Virus record (IMG/VR): IMGVR_UViG_2940228231_000001
Coordinates: 1-40,713 of that record
Direction: 5' to 3' (one strand)
Source: a virus
DNA length: 40,713 bases
Position 1 is the first letter of the stretch; each line of letters starts with the position of its first letter. The notes under the pieces are model-generated. The model was not told the DNA's origin, did not search any database, and saw only the letters and a list, made by a program, of their open reading frames with translations. Positions 24,389-33,191 of this stretch are shown here, one piece after another. A program made the translations under genes and the position numbers.

Positions 24389-26368
24389 CTACTTAGGCTC
24401 TGCGGACTTTGCTACTCTTACTCTAGCCTTGGAGGCCTGCGTGTTATCCGTCTTAGGTAGTCCTCCTTCTTCTGCACCAGCTTGAGCAGGCTCTTGCATC
24501 GGTTGTCCTGTGATACCAGATACCAGCTGTTCAACCTGTCCAATCATATTGCTTTCCATCATGCCATTCGCTTGATTGATGCCATCGACTGTCTGTGCCA
24601 TTGCCATAGCCAGTTGACAAAGCTGCATGGTCATCTGTGCCACTACATCATTCTTCTTCACAACCTGCTTGATATTTTCGATTCCCTCAAACTCCATCAT
24701 CTCAAGCATTGCTAGCGCCTGAGTAGCCATCTGTGGATTGAATACTCCCATGCCATACATCTCTTTAGCCTTCTCGTTTTGTGCCTCACGAGAGAATGGT
24801 GACTGCTTCTGCGAGTGCATCTTGATATCAAATACAGGTTTCCTTGATACAAGTTCGCCAGTTATAGGGTCCTCTTCTTCCATTTCTCTGATGCCATCAT
24901 TCGCAAATGACATGAAGTCATACTCACCATTAGGGCCATCTATTCTAAATGAGCGCTCTTCAGTGTAAAACTGTCTGAGTAGCTCAAACACCAACTCATT
25001 GATGCTCCTGTGCGCCCTGTAGCTAGTTTTAATCATGTCACGGCTTAGTTTACTACCTGCCTCTTGAAGTGCCGCAATAGCACTGGCTGCAGTAACACCA
25101 CTGTGGGTTCCACCTTGTGAGAAGTCACGATTGCCTGATGTTTCTTTCAGTTCGTCAATTTTCATCTGCATATGGTTATATATATATGCAGGAATGGAAT
25201 TAACCTGAATCTGCTTTAGTCTAGTTTCATCAATGAGGCCTTCCACCTTAACAAAGTCCTTACTCCAGTCAGAAAACTCCGTTAGATTGACGTTTGTGCC
25301 TTCAGATGCAAAGAATCTTGGCTTGCCTATCATCGCTGCATTCTTTAGTACAATCTGGTCTAGCTTGTCAATGTACATCTGAGGAGACTTCATGCAATCA
25401 ATATATCCAAATCCTACAACAGAATCTTCCACAGGAAAGAGCGTGTCGAATACGAATGGATATTTAGAATGGTCATAGAATCCGTTATCTTTGTATTCTT
25501 CATCATTCTCAGAAGCATATATCACTTCACCTTCGACGAATTTACAGTAATGAAGGACTGTGCGTCCACCATCGTTGACTTTTTTGTAGTACCAATCGTA
25601 AACAATCACCTTGTTTTGGTCGTTAGTATTGCCGTTGTCGTTACTAGCCACATACTTAACAACCTCGCTAGTGGCTCCATCAGTAATTTTTCCTTTAAGG
25701 AATGGATATGATTCTACCAAGCTATCCTTATCCACTGCCGCTATGTTGAATATATTAGCAGACTCTTGGATATCCTTAATCTCAGGCTCCCAAAACAAAT
25801 TAAGCAAATCGACTTTGCGAACATCAACATCTCCAAGCCCATTCTCTTTGCTGTTATTCCAGAAGACTCCATATACGCATGTTCCGAACTTTAACTTGTA
25901 CCACCATGCATCACTATAGGTCTGCTCAAAGTTATTAGCATCTAGGATACATGGAATAATCTTCTGCAGCCTTTTGGCTACTTCCTCATCGCTCTTTTCT
26001 CTAGGAAGGAAGTTTGGTGTTGGGAAGTTGTCCATCGCATCAGCGTGTTTATTAATAACGCTGTTAAATAGCCATGCAGATGCAGGTTCAGGGTCTTGCT
26101 CTTTACCTTTGACCTTGCCTACTGCTTCCCAGTGCCTTATTCTCCACCATTGCTCATTTTCCACTATACGTAGCTCTAATGGTGACTTGGATGACTTGTA
26201 CTCATTAAACATAGATAGAGCATTATCAACCTGCTCTTTGCCGATTGGTCCTACCCTGCCAATGCTTTCGTCACTGCCATAGATTACTTCATTCTCAAAC
26301 TCATTCTCATCATTATTCTCAGGCGCTACATTCACTTCTTCTGGTAGTGGTTCTTTTTTCTTTGCCAT
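24389..26368 (-). CDS. Portal protein
   Basis: 659 aa, immediately downstream of terL, AGGAGG RBS. The call rests on position and size. Confidence 0.75.
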   Translation of the reverse strand: MAKKKEPLPEEVNVAPENNDENEFENEVIYGSDESIGRVGPIGKEQVDNALSMFNEYKSSKSPLELRIVENEQWWRIRHWEAVGKVKGKEQDPEPASAWLFNSVINKHADAMDNFPTPNFLPREKSDEEVAKRLQKIIPCILDANNFEQTYSDAWWYKLKFGTCVYGVFWNNSKENGLGDVDVRKVDLLNLFWEPEIKDIQESANIFNIAAVDKDSLVESYPFLKGKITDGATSEVVKYVASNDNGNTNDQNKVIVYDWYYKKVNDGGRTVLHYCKFVEGEVIYASENDEEYKDNGFYDHSKYPFVFDTLFPVEDSVVGFGYIDCMKSPQMYIDKLDQIVLKNAAMIGKPRFFASEGTNVNLTEFSDWSKDFVKVEGLIDETRLKQIQVNSIPAYIYNHMQMKIDELKETSGNRDFSQGGTHSGVTAASAIAALQEAGSKLSRDMIKTSYRAHRSINELVFELLRQFYTEERSFRIDGPNGEYDFMSFANDGIREMEEEDPITGELVSRKPVFDIKMHSQKQSPFSREAQNEKAKEMYGMGVFNPQMATQALAMLEMMEFEGIENIKQVVKKNDVVAQMTMQLCQLAMAMAQTVDGINQANGMMESNMIGQVEQLVSGITGQPMQEPAQAGAEEGGLPKTDNTQASKARVRVAKSAEPK

Positions 26369-26370
26369 AT

Positions 26371-27777
26371 TTACCTCCTGTAAAATTCATATGGATCATA
26401 TTGGATATTCTTATCTAGCATTCCCAATGGGTCATTGACACCATCAGTTCCTATCTGTTTCTTGCTGAATAGTATATTCTCATTGTTTATTGGATTTTCC
26501 ATGCACACATATCTCCATTCATCATAGATGTGGTCTTCCATTGATGTATCTACATCCTCTACCTTCTTTTCATCATACATCAGCATGGGCATTGTTCTAA
26601 TGAATTCACTGCAGGTATTGAACACGTAGAACATTGGTATCTCATTCTCATCAAACGCCAGCCTATAGTGACACTGCATCTTCCCTGGTATCCTCTTATG
26701 GTCCGCAGGTTCCCAGTACACTTGCGCCATTTCCATCATTCTGCCAATACTTTCACCTTTAGATTCCTCAAATATGGCAGGGTCTGCTATTCCTCTGATG
26801 GATTTGTCCTTTAGGTTAGGGTCTGTCTGTTCTATCTCACGGATTCTCTCAGCAACTTGCTTCGGTGTCCACTTGACTCCCTCATTGGCCGTCTGAGTGC
26901 ATCCATACAGTTCTTTAATGCGATATATCCGATGGTCATGGTCTACGGCATACCACCCAACTGAAAAAGGCTTGCTATATCCCCAGTCAAATCCTCTGAG
27001 TATTTTCCATGTCTCAGGCACCTTGAATGGATTAATCACATGAGTTCCTTTTCTGTCTTGATAATGCATTGGGTCATCCACAAATTCTTCAAAGACTTGT
27101 CCTTCAAAGATATCCCATTTCCCATATAGCCATGCTTCCCTCAGCTTAGGTGGTAATGCCTCAAGCTGATTAATATAATCAGGCTGTGCGGCCATTAGCG
27201 CCTCATTGTCCGTCACTAGACTCTGAATAAACTCATAATCATCTGGATTCTCGCCCGCCTTGTATTTCTTGTCTATGAAAATTCTCTTGATATATGCATG
27301 TCCTTGGCCACCTGGATTGCATGTGTAATAGATTCGCTTTGGGAAATTGTTAACACCTCTGCAGCAGGCAGTGATAGATTTCATCTGATGTTCTGTCATC
27401 TGTGCAGCTTCATCGAGAAATATAACATCATACTCAGTACCTTGCAGTCTATCAAGATCAGAATCCCGAGCACAGTACATGAAATTGATCGCTGAACCAT
27501 TGCCGAACTTAAGCACTTTATCCTTGTCGTTATACTTGGCTATGCCCAAGAGCTGCAGCCTTAATATGTTGATATGGTTATTAATCAGCTCAGGATAGGT
27601 TCTTCTGACAATCAGAATCTTAATTTTAGCGAAGTTAAGTGCGAGTAATATGGCTTTAGTCCTAACGGACCAGCTCTTTCCTCCACCTCTAGCACCGCCA
27701 AATCCTATATGCTTTTTCCTTGCCTGCAGAAATGCCTTCTGTTTAGGATTTGGATTCGGGAGTGATAATACTGCCAT
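26371..27777 (-). CDS. terL: Terminase large subunit
   Basis: Walker A GGARGGGKSW and Walker B DVIFLDEA, with a C-terminal nuclease-size domain. Start set at the ATG overlapping the terS stop (TAATG) rather than the upstream GTG. Confidence 0.9.
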   Translation of the reverse strand: MAVLSLPNPNPKQKAFLQARKKHIGFGGARGGGKSWSVRTKAILLALNFAKIKILIVRRTYPELINNHINILRLQLLGIAKYNDKDKVLKFGNGSAINFMYCARDSDLDRLQGTEYDVIFLDEAAQMTEHQMKSITACCRGVNNFPKRIYYTCNPGGQGHAYIKRIFIDKKYKAGENPDDYEFIQSLVTDNEALMAAQPDYINQLEALPPKLREAWLYGKWDIFEGQVFEEFVDDPMHYQDRKGTHVINPFKVPETWKILRGFDWGYSKPFSVGWYAVDHDHRIYRIKELYGCTQTANEGVKWTPKQVAERIREIEQTDPNLKDKSIRGIADPAIFEESKGESIGRMMEMAQVYWEPADHKRIPGKMQCHYRLAFDENEIPMFYVFNTCSEFIRTMPMLMYDEKKVEDVDTSMEDHIYDEWRYVCMENPINNENILFSKKQIGTDGVNDPLGMLDKNIQYDPYEFYRR

Positions 27778-28391
27778 TACTCTGTCCACCCTCCATCTTC
27801 AGCGTCCTTTGACTCAAACACAACTTTAACTTCATTGTCAGTCTCTCCTTGGTCTACTCTACGTTTTTCAAGTTCAAGGCGTTGTGCTTGCATCTCTAGC
27901 GACTTCTGCTGGTCGATACTGAGAATTCCTTGCATCGAGCGCTTCATTTGTTCTACTAGCTTTAGAGTCTCTGCCACTTCTTTAAGAGCCTTCGTATCAA
28001 TCTTATCGAAGGTTTCAACTTCACTCCATTGTCTCTCGTCAAGTAGTTTTCCATCATGGCGTGTTGGGGTAGAATACTTTTCTTTCTTCTGAACGATGTA
28101 TTTATTGAACTGCATTACATCCTCTAGTGCTTTGTCGAGAACTGCATTTATCTTTCCCACAGTGACCAATTCCTTTGCAAACACCTTGGCTTGCTCATTT
28201 TCGGCTTTTCGAACTGCCTTTTCTACCACGTTTTGGTTGTGTCTCACTTTATCCTTGTGCCAGCCTTCCTTGCTAGCCTTTTTAGACAGTGTTGCTACGG
28301 CAATCCCATGTTTCTTTGCTAGCTTCGCATAAGAAATATCTCCAGCTATATATTCAATTTTCAGCTTACTGTAATCCACTTTCTTACTCAT
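27777..28391 (-). CDS. terS: Terminase small subunit
   Basis: N-terminal HTH-like YIAGDISYAKLAKKHGIAVATLSKKASKEGW, coiled-coil middle region, directly upstream of terL. Confidence 0.7.
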   Translation of the reverse strand: MSKKVDYSKLKIEYIAGDISYAKLAKKHGIAVATLSKKASKEGWHKDKVRHNQNVVEKAVRKAENEQAKVFAKELVTVGKINAVLDKALEDVMQFNKYIVQKKEKYSTPTRHDGKLLDERQWSEVETFDKIDTKALKEVAETLKLVEQMKRSMQGILSIDQQKSLEMQAQRLELEKRRVDQGETDNEVKVVFESKDAEDGGWTE

Positions 28392-28435
28392 GACTATATC
28401 TTACATTGGTTTTAGCAATATTTCGCCTTCCTACC

Positions 28436-28476
28436 TTAAGGCAATAAAAAAGACAAGCCTTGTTGACTTGCCTTAA
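28436..28476. other. Inverted repeat between the early and late gene blocks (possible terminator/boundary element)
   Basis: TTAAGGCAA-n23-TTGCCTTAA, with an inner small hairpin ACAA-ggc-TTGT followed by a T-run on the minus strand. Confidence 0.35.
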
Positions 28477-28481
28477 TGCTT

Positions 28482-28607
28482 TTATTTCCTCTTAATCTCC
28501 TCTTCCAATAATATTTCTAGTCCCACGCTCCATGCGTATCTATGTTCCAACGTTGCTCCGTTTGACATCTGCCAGCCTTTTATTTGTCCTGCTATGTATA
28601 TTTTCAT
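28482..28607 (-). CDS. Possible 41-aa ORF (MKIYIAGQIKG...), perhaps a remnant
   Basis: My own translation gives MKIYIAGQIKGWQMSNGATLEHRYAWSVGLEILLEEEIKRK, with GGAGAG RBS. The N-terminus looks like that of nucleoside deoxyribosyltransferase-like/DUF4406 proteins, but the ORF is far too short. Confidence 0.25.
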   Translation of the reverse strand: MKIYIAGQIKGWQMSNGATLEHRYAWSVGLEILLEEEIKRK

Positions 28608-28610
28608 TAT

Positions 28611-28808
28611 TTACTCTCCTTTATACGGTTCAGGTAGTGGCATCCATGCTGTTATAGTTTCGATGTCTCCATAACCTAAACAGCATCCCTCACGGTTGCA
28701 AATCCATTCATCTTTCCACACATAATACCCATCAGTGACTAAAATTTCTTGGTCTTCCTCAGGTAGTCTTTCTAAATCACTCCATTTAAATGGTATCCAC
28801 TCCATCAT
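28611..28808 (-). CDS. DUF551-like small protein
   Basis: C-terminal ITAWMPLPEPYKG is typical of the family. Start set at the ATG overlapping the upstream stop (ATGA), after GAGGAGG. Confidence 0.55.
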   Translation of the reverse strand: MMEWIPFKWSDLERLPEEDQEILVTDGYYVWKDEWICNREGCCLGYGDIETITAWMPLPEPYKGE

Positions 28809-29161
28809 TCCACCTCCTCGTTCCAATACTCTACTTTACAATTAAAACAACTGCCATACTTTTTAACTCTATCACAAAAACTATTGCAATCTAAACCAAG
28901 CAGCGTATCATCTAAGTAGCATGGTGCTAAAAAGAGTGTCCCAGTGTCAAGTTTAGAATTCGGAAACTGCTCCAAAAACACATCTTGTCTTGTTTTTGGT
29001 GGGTGTTGTTTTAGCCAATTTTCAATTGTCTCCACATACTCTTCGTAGTCCTTGTCAGTATCCACTTGGCAATAATAATTCTCATAAAATAGGCAGTCTC
29101 CGCAACTAGTATAATGGTCACATATCATTTTCTGTGTTTTTAGTAATGTTATTGCATCCAT
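28805..29161 (-). CDS. Cys-rich small protein, unknown function
   Basis: Start set at the internal ATG (MDAITLL...) after GAAGGGAGA. Has several CxxC-type pairs (CDHYTSCGDC, CNSFC, CFNC). Confidence 0.5.
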   Translation of the reverse strand: MDAITLLKTQKMICDHYTSCGDCLFYENYYCQVDTDKDYEEYVETIENWLKQHPPKTRQDVFLEQFPNSKLDTGTLFLAPCYLDDTLLGLDCNSFCDRVKKYGSCFNCKVEYWNEEVE

Positions 29162-29175
29162 GTTATTTCTCCCTT

Positions 29176-30738
29176 CTAAACTGCTATATCTTTTTCTAAC
29201 TCGTTCATCGTTGCATATTTCTTTCCGCACATTTCCGGCAGATTCGATCTAACCAACGCTTCTGCGAATGGTGGTGGAACACTATTTCCACATCTTGCAA
29301 CCTGTTCTTTCTTGCTGTATTTTTTGCCGTTTACATCAAAGTCTATGCAATAATCTGGCGGAAAGCCTTGTGCGTTGTACAGCTCTCTTGGCTCTAGCAT
29401 GCGTAATCCAATATCAGCTATAAAGTACAAGATTCCGGCGATATCGAACACTAGCACCTCATCGTCTTTCAAATCATAGTCACAGTACTGATTTAACATC
29501 GCTCTCACTCCTGGCCAATGTTGTAAATCCACTTCATCTTCCGCCCTTATCACCTTCACTTGGATTAATGCGTTTCTGTCTCTCGTAGTGGCCGTATGTA
29601 ATGGCTCTTCTACGCTAATCGGTCTCCCTGTGCTGTAGTATTCTGCTAAATATGCTGCCGCAAGGCTGTTGTGGTCAACCGTCGTTACTGTTGGTACTGG
29701 TTCATCAATACCACTCCCTGCACCTTTGTAGCCTCCTGCATAATACTTACTGATATAGGCTGTTGCTAATCCATATCGTGGACTTCCGTCTATTGTCATG
29801 ATTGGTTCGGTGAGTTTCTGTCCTCTATGCTCTCCTTTAGCTGTCTCTGTGTGATACTGAATTAGGTGAGGTGTAACCAATGCCTGTTTTACTGTGGACA
29901 CAATCGTACTTAGTGGGTCTTCGATGTTATGTAGCCTCGGTTTCTGTCCTTCTCGCTCTCCGTATCCTACTGGGATTAAAAATGGCTTATTTGCCTTAAT
30001 GACAAACTTATCCGTGCCTCTTGCGATTCTTGCCATTGTATTATCTGCAAGTGGTTTCTTGCGCCCAAAGATGCTTTTGGTTGGTATACTCCAATCAATA
30101 CATTCAGAAGCAGTTCGATATGGTTTTAATCCTTCTCCGTGTGTTGGCTCTGGGAATATGATTTCCTCTCCGTCACATCTCGCAATTAGAAAGAATCGTT
30201 TTCGAATTGTCGGCGCTCCATAGTCACAAGCCCTTAACTCTTTCCATTCCACTTCGTAGCCTAATTTTTTAAGTGCGTTTATAAAACTCCTAAAAGTCCT
30301 GCCCTGTTGCTCCTTTATTGGATATCCTTCATCATTGAGTGGACCCCAAGTCTTAAATTCTTCTACGTTCTCCAGGATAATGACTCTTGGCTTAACTGTT
30401 GCTGCCCACCTGACTGCTACCCAGGCAAGTCCTCGGATTTTCTTTTCTCTTGGTTTTCCGCCCTTAGCCTTGCTAAAGTGTTTGCAGTCTGGAGAAAACC
30501 AACAAAGGGCTACTGGTCTACCTTGTGTTACTTCCTTTGGGTCAACTTCCCACACGTCTTCGCAGTAATGACGAGTGTACGGATGATTTTTACAGTGCAT
30601 CTGTATTGATGCAGGGTCATGGTTGATTGCCACGTCGACTGGACGTCCTACTGCTAATTCAATCCCAGTAGATGTGCCGCCGCCACCTGCGAAGTTGTCA
30701 ATGATCATTTCGTCAAGTAGGTTTATCTGCCCTTTCAT
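29176..30738 (-). CDS. DNA (cytosine-5) methyltransferase, orphan
   Basis: Motif I DNFAGGGG, motif IV SPDCKHFS, motif VI ENVEEF, QGFPPDY, motif X GNSVPPP. There is a long variable region between the conserved blocks. No adjacent restriction endonuclease. Confidence 0.9.
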   Translation of the reverse strand: MKGQINLLDEMIIDNFAGGGGTSTGIELAVGRPVDVAINHDPASIQMHCKNHPYTRHYCEDVWEVDPKEVTQGRPVALCWFSPDCKHFSKAKGGKPREKKIRGLAWVAVRWAATVKPRVIILENVEEFKTWGPLNDEGYPIKEQQGRTFRSFINALKKLGYEVEWKELRACDYGAPTIRKRFFLIARCDGEEIIFPEPTHGEGLKPYRTASECIDWSIPTKSIFGRKKPLADNTMARIARGTDKFVIKANKPFLIPVGYGEREGQKPRLHNIEDPLSTIVSTVKQALVTPHLIQYHTETAKGEHRGQKLTEPIMTIDGSPRYGLATAYISKYYAGGYKGAGSGIDEPVPTVTTVDHNSLAAAYLAEYYSTGRPISVEEPLHTATTRDRNALIQVKVIRAEDEVDLQHWPGVRAMLNQYCDYDLKDDEVLVFDIAGILYFIADIGLRMLEPRELYNAQGFPPDYCIDFDVNGKKYSKKEQVARCGNSVPPPFAEALVRSNLPEMCGKKYATMNELEKDIAV

Positions 30739-31007
30739 ATCGCCACTCCCATTCTCATAAGGTCTTTTATATCATCATAAATCGCCAGTATCTCAGCCTT
30801 TACTTTAGGTACATACATTTCAGCCTCGTGTTTTATATCCTCTAAGCGATGCCTCATTTCGCCATCATCATAGGCCACGATAAATTCATCTGCTCGAATA
30901 ATGTATTTCAGATTACTATGCAGCAGACTATCCACAGCATATATATCTGTTTTTCCGTCTAGCTTTCGGCTAAGGTCTACCATCTTTCCGTAGTTTACTC
31001 TTTGCAT
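30735..31007 (-). CDS. 90-aa hypothetical protein
   Basis: Start set at the ATG after GGGAGG. ATGA overlap with the methyltransferase start. Confidence 0.5.
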   Translation of the reverse strand: MQRVNYGKMVDLSRKLDGKTDIYAVDSLLHSNLKYIIRADEFIVAYDDGEMRHRLEDIKHEAEMYVPKVKAEILAIYDDIKDLMRMGVAI

Positions 31008-31330
31008 TGTCCTGCCTCCCATTCTTTGTAAATCTCCATAAAATGCTCCAATGGTATAGTTACAAGCCACTCTGCATTATTTCTCCTGTGGAATACTGCC
31101 GGCATTTCTCCCTCTCGTGCATCGGATTTGGATTGTGCCACAGCATCGTACAGGTTTAGTTTTTCGACCCTTTTGCATTCTATATGTATTCCGGGTAGTC
31201 CGACTACATCAGCATCTCCATTTGAGCCACTAAACTGTTGCCCTCTGCGGCAGTTATAACCATATTCTTTTAGCTTATTAGCAAGTTCTCTTTCCCCACT
31301 CTTGCCTTTTTCTCTGCTCATTTTTCCCAT
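30995..31330 (-). CDS. PD-(D/E)XK nuclease, putative Holliday-junction resolvase
   Basis: KGKSGERELANKLKEYGY...GDADVV...IHIECKR gives the D...ExK signature. Size and position in the recombination/replication module fit. Confidence 0.55.
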   Translation of the reverse strand: MGKMSREKGKSGERELANKLKEYGYNCRRGQQFSGSNGDADVVGLPGIHIECKRVEKLNLYDAVAQSKSDAREGEMPAVFHRRNNAEWLVTIPLEHFMEIYKEWEAGQCKE

Positions 31331-31339
31331 ATGTTTCTC

Positions 31340-31555
31340 CTATATTTGGTAACCTTCGGGGTATAATGTGCCCATTGGTCTAAAGTCATCAGGTGCAGCC
31401 TTTTTACATTTTCGGCAAATCATATCTGGCACTACGTTTCTGTGGAAATTATCATCATCGTATCCCTTACCTTTGACAGTGTGTCCGCAATGTTCGCATT
31501 CGTAAATTGCCTGAAAGTCTCGGCGGTTCTGATAGGTTATTTCTTTAATTCTCAT
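31340..31555 (-). CDS. 71-aa zinc-ribbon protein
   Basis: CEHCGH...CRKC forms two CxxC pairs. Confidence 0.6.
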   Translation of the reverse strand: MRIKEITYQNRRDFQAIYECEHCGHTVKGKGYDDDNFHRNVVPDMICRKCKKAAPDDFRPMGTLYPEGYQI

Positions 31556-31569
31556 ATTTATTACCTCCT

Positions 31570-31821
31570 CTAAATTGATCTATTTTTACAATCTCTGTTA
31601 AATTCTTCGTTTGAACATTTTTCGCAAACTGAATATCCCATTCCATACTCTGTCTGAATCTCCCGGCTTGTGTAACCTTTACCAAAGGTTAGTGTATTGC
31701 CACACTGCGGACAATGGATTATTTCATTCATATCTGTAGAATATGTTTTTACATTCCAGTCATCTGGCACGATAAACTCATCGTAAGCATGTGTCTCGTA
31801 GTTCCATTTATTTAGTTTCAT
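31570..31821 (-). CDS. 83-aa zinc-ribbon protein
   Basis: CPQCGN...CEKC forms two CxxC pairs. Confidence 0.6.
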   Translation of the reverse strand: MKLNKWNYETHAYDEFIVPDDWNVKTYSTDMNEIIHCPQCGNTLTFGKGYTSREIQTEYGMGYSVCEKCSNEEFNRDCKNRSI

Positions 31822-31832
31822 ATTTTTTCCTC

Positions 31833-32264
31833 CTAAAACGGAACATCTTCATCTATTGCTTGGAAGGAGTCAGGCATTTCTGCAACTGGGTCTCGATCCG
31901 GTGAAGATGTATTTTGTCTTGGAGCAGCGGTTCCGCCTTGCGGTCTGTCGCCCCATTCTAAAAATTCTACTCTGTCTGCTACAACATCGGTTGTGTAAAC
32001 CGTATTGCCATCTTTGTTTTGATAGCTTCCGGTCTGTAGTCTTCCTTGAATACCAACGAGTCTACCTTTAGTAAGGTATTTTTCGCAGTTTTCTGCTTGC
32101 TTGCCAAATACAGTGACTCTTGGGAAGTCAGTCTGTTTTTCGCCGCCAGCTCTTACCGGTCTGTCAATTGCAACAGTAAATGATGCAACTGCCATCTGTG
32201 TTCCAGATGTATATCTTACTTCTGGTTCTCTTGTCAGTCTTCCGATTAAAATTACGCTATTCAT
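31833..32264 (-). CDS. ssb: Single-stranded DNA-binding protein
   Basis: MNSVILIGRLTREPEVRYT OB-fold N-terminus, Gly/Pro-rich linker, acidic tail DEDVPF. Confidence 0.92.
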   Translation of the reverse strand: MNSVILIGRLTREPEVRYTSGTQMAVASFTVAIDRPVRAGGEKQTDFPRVTVFGKQAENCEKYLTKGRLVGIQGRLQTGSYQNKDGNTVYTTDVVADRVEFLEWGDRPQGGTAAPRQNTSSPDRDPVAEMPDSFQAIDEDVPF

Positions 32265-32450
32265 TTATTTTCTACCTTTCTTGATTACTTTTTCAATATC
32301 TTCAAAGCCTACAGTTATCATTACTCCATTCGATTCAAGCGATAATGTTTCTCCTATTTTCTCTGATGTAAACCTGACAGTTACGTCAGCTTTCCAGATG
32401 GATTTCCCATCGCTCATAAGCCCATTAATCTGTTTTATTTTTATGCTCAT
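32265..32450 (-). CDS. 61-aa hypothetical protein
   Basis: ORF with ATG after GGAAAGAGG. Ends immediately before ssb. Confidence 0.5.
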   Translation of the reverse strand: MSIKIKQINGLMSDGKSIWKADVTVRFTSEKIGETLSLESNGVMITVGFEDIEKVIKKGRK

Positions 32451-32985
32451 CACTACCTCTTTCCGTTACTACTAGCTTAACAATTTTAGGGTTATCTTTT
32501 TCGGGTACTAATTCCGAGTCGTATTTTTTTATAAACTCCACGATATCTTCTAAGTTAATTAATTCGATATTGTGTCTATACATCATTGCCGCTAATTCGA
32601 TAAAAGCATATTTTGTTCTAGCATTTGATGCAGTCAATTCAACTCTTAATTTCGCGATCTCATTCTGCTTAACCTCAATGTTACGCTCAATATTTTTATC
32701 CATTATGCCTATCTGCTGAATGAGGTGTTTAACTGTTTTCTTATTTGAGTCTAGATAGAATGACTTAAGTTTTAAGCTTTTCTCCTTAGGTTCTAGGCTT
32801 TCGCACTCGATATAAAGCTGCTTTAATGATTTGAAATAGCTACAATTCTCATAGTTGGTTTCACAGATATTTTTTAAATATCCTTTTTTCTTTTCCACAT
32901 CACTAAAATGCTTTAAACAGCCTTCGCAAGTGATTGTTTTTCGTTTGTCACTCTGATAATACGGACACTTAATTACTAATCCCAT
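32425..32985 (-). CDS. 186-aa protein with N-terminal Cys cluster and coiled coil, unknown function
   Basis: CPYYQS...CEGC. AAGGAGG RBS. TAATG overlap with the upstream gene. Confidence 0.6.
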   Translation of the reverse strand: MGLVIKCPYYQSDKRKTITCEGCLKHFSDVEKKKGYLKNICETNYENCSYFKSLKQLYIECESLEPKEKSLKLKSFYLDSNKKTVKHLIQQIGIMDKNIERNIEVKQNEIAKLRVELTASNARTKYAFIELAAMMYRHNIELINLEDIVEFIKKYDSELVPEKDNPKIVKLVVTERGSDEHKNKTD

Positions 32986-33191
32986 TACTTACCTCCTTTT
33001 TTCTCAAGCTTATACAGGGTTTTAAAATCAACTCCAAGTGCTGCTAGTCTTCTCCTGCAATAATCCTGACTTATTCTTTCTTCTTTCTCAGTTTTATAAA
33101 ACGGACAAAGTTTACTGCCACAAAGAGGATGCCTTTCAGTAAGGCCTTTACATTTACCTCCGTCTGCAGCTAATATACAATCGCTAAACAT
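32985..33191 (-). CDS. 68-aa Cys-rich small protein
   Basis: Start set at the ATG after AAGGAGG (MFSDCILAADGGKCKG...CGSKLCPFY). Confidence 0.55.
   Translation of the reverse strand: MFSDCILAADGGKCKGLTERHPLCGSKLCPFYKTEKEERISQDYCRRRLAALGVDFKTLYKLEKKGGK

Noticed and set aside
28392-28610. A cos or pac site in the gap upstream of terS.
   Set aside because: I found only an inverted repeat and a tiny ORF. Nothing in the sequence alone identifies a packaging site, which would need terminus mapping from virion DNA reads.
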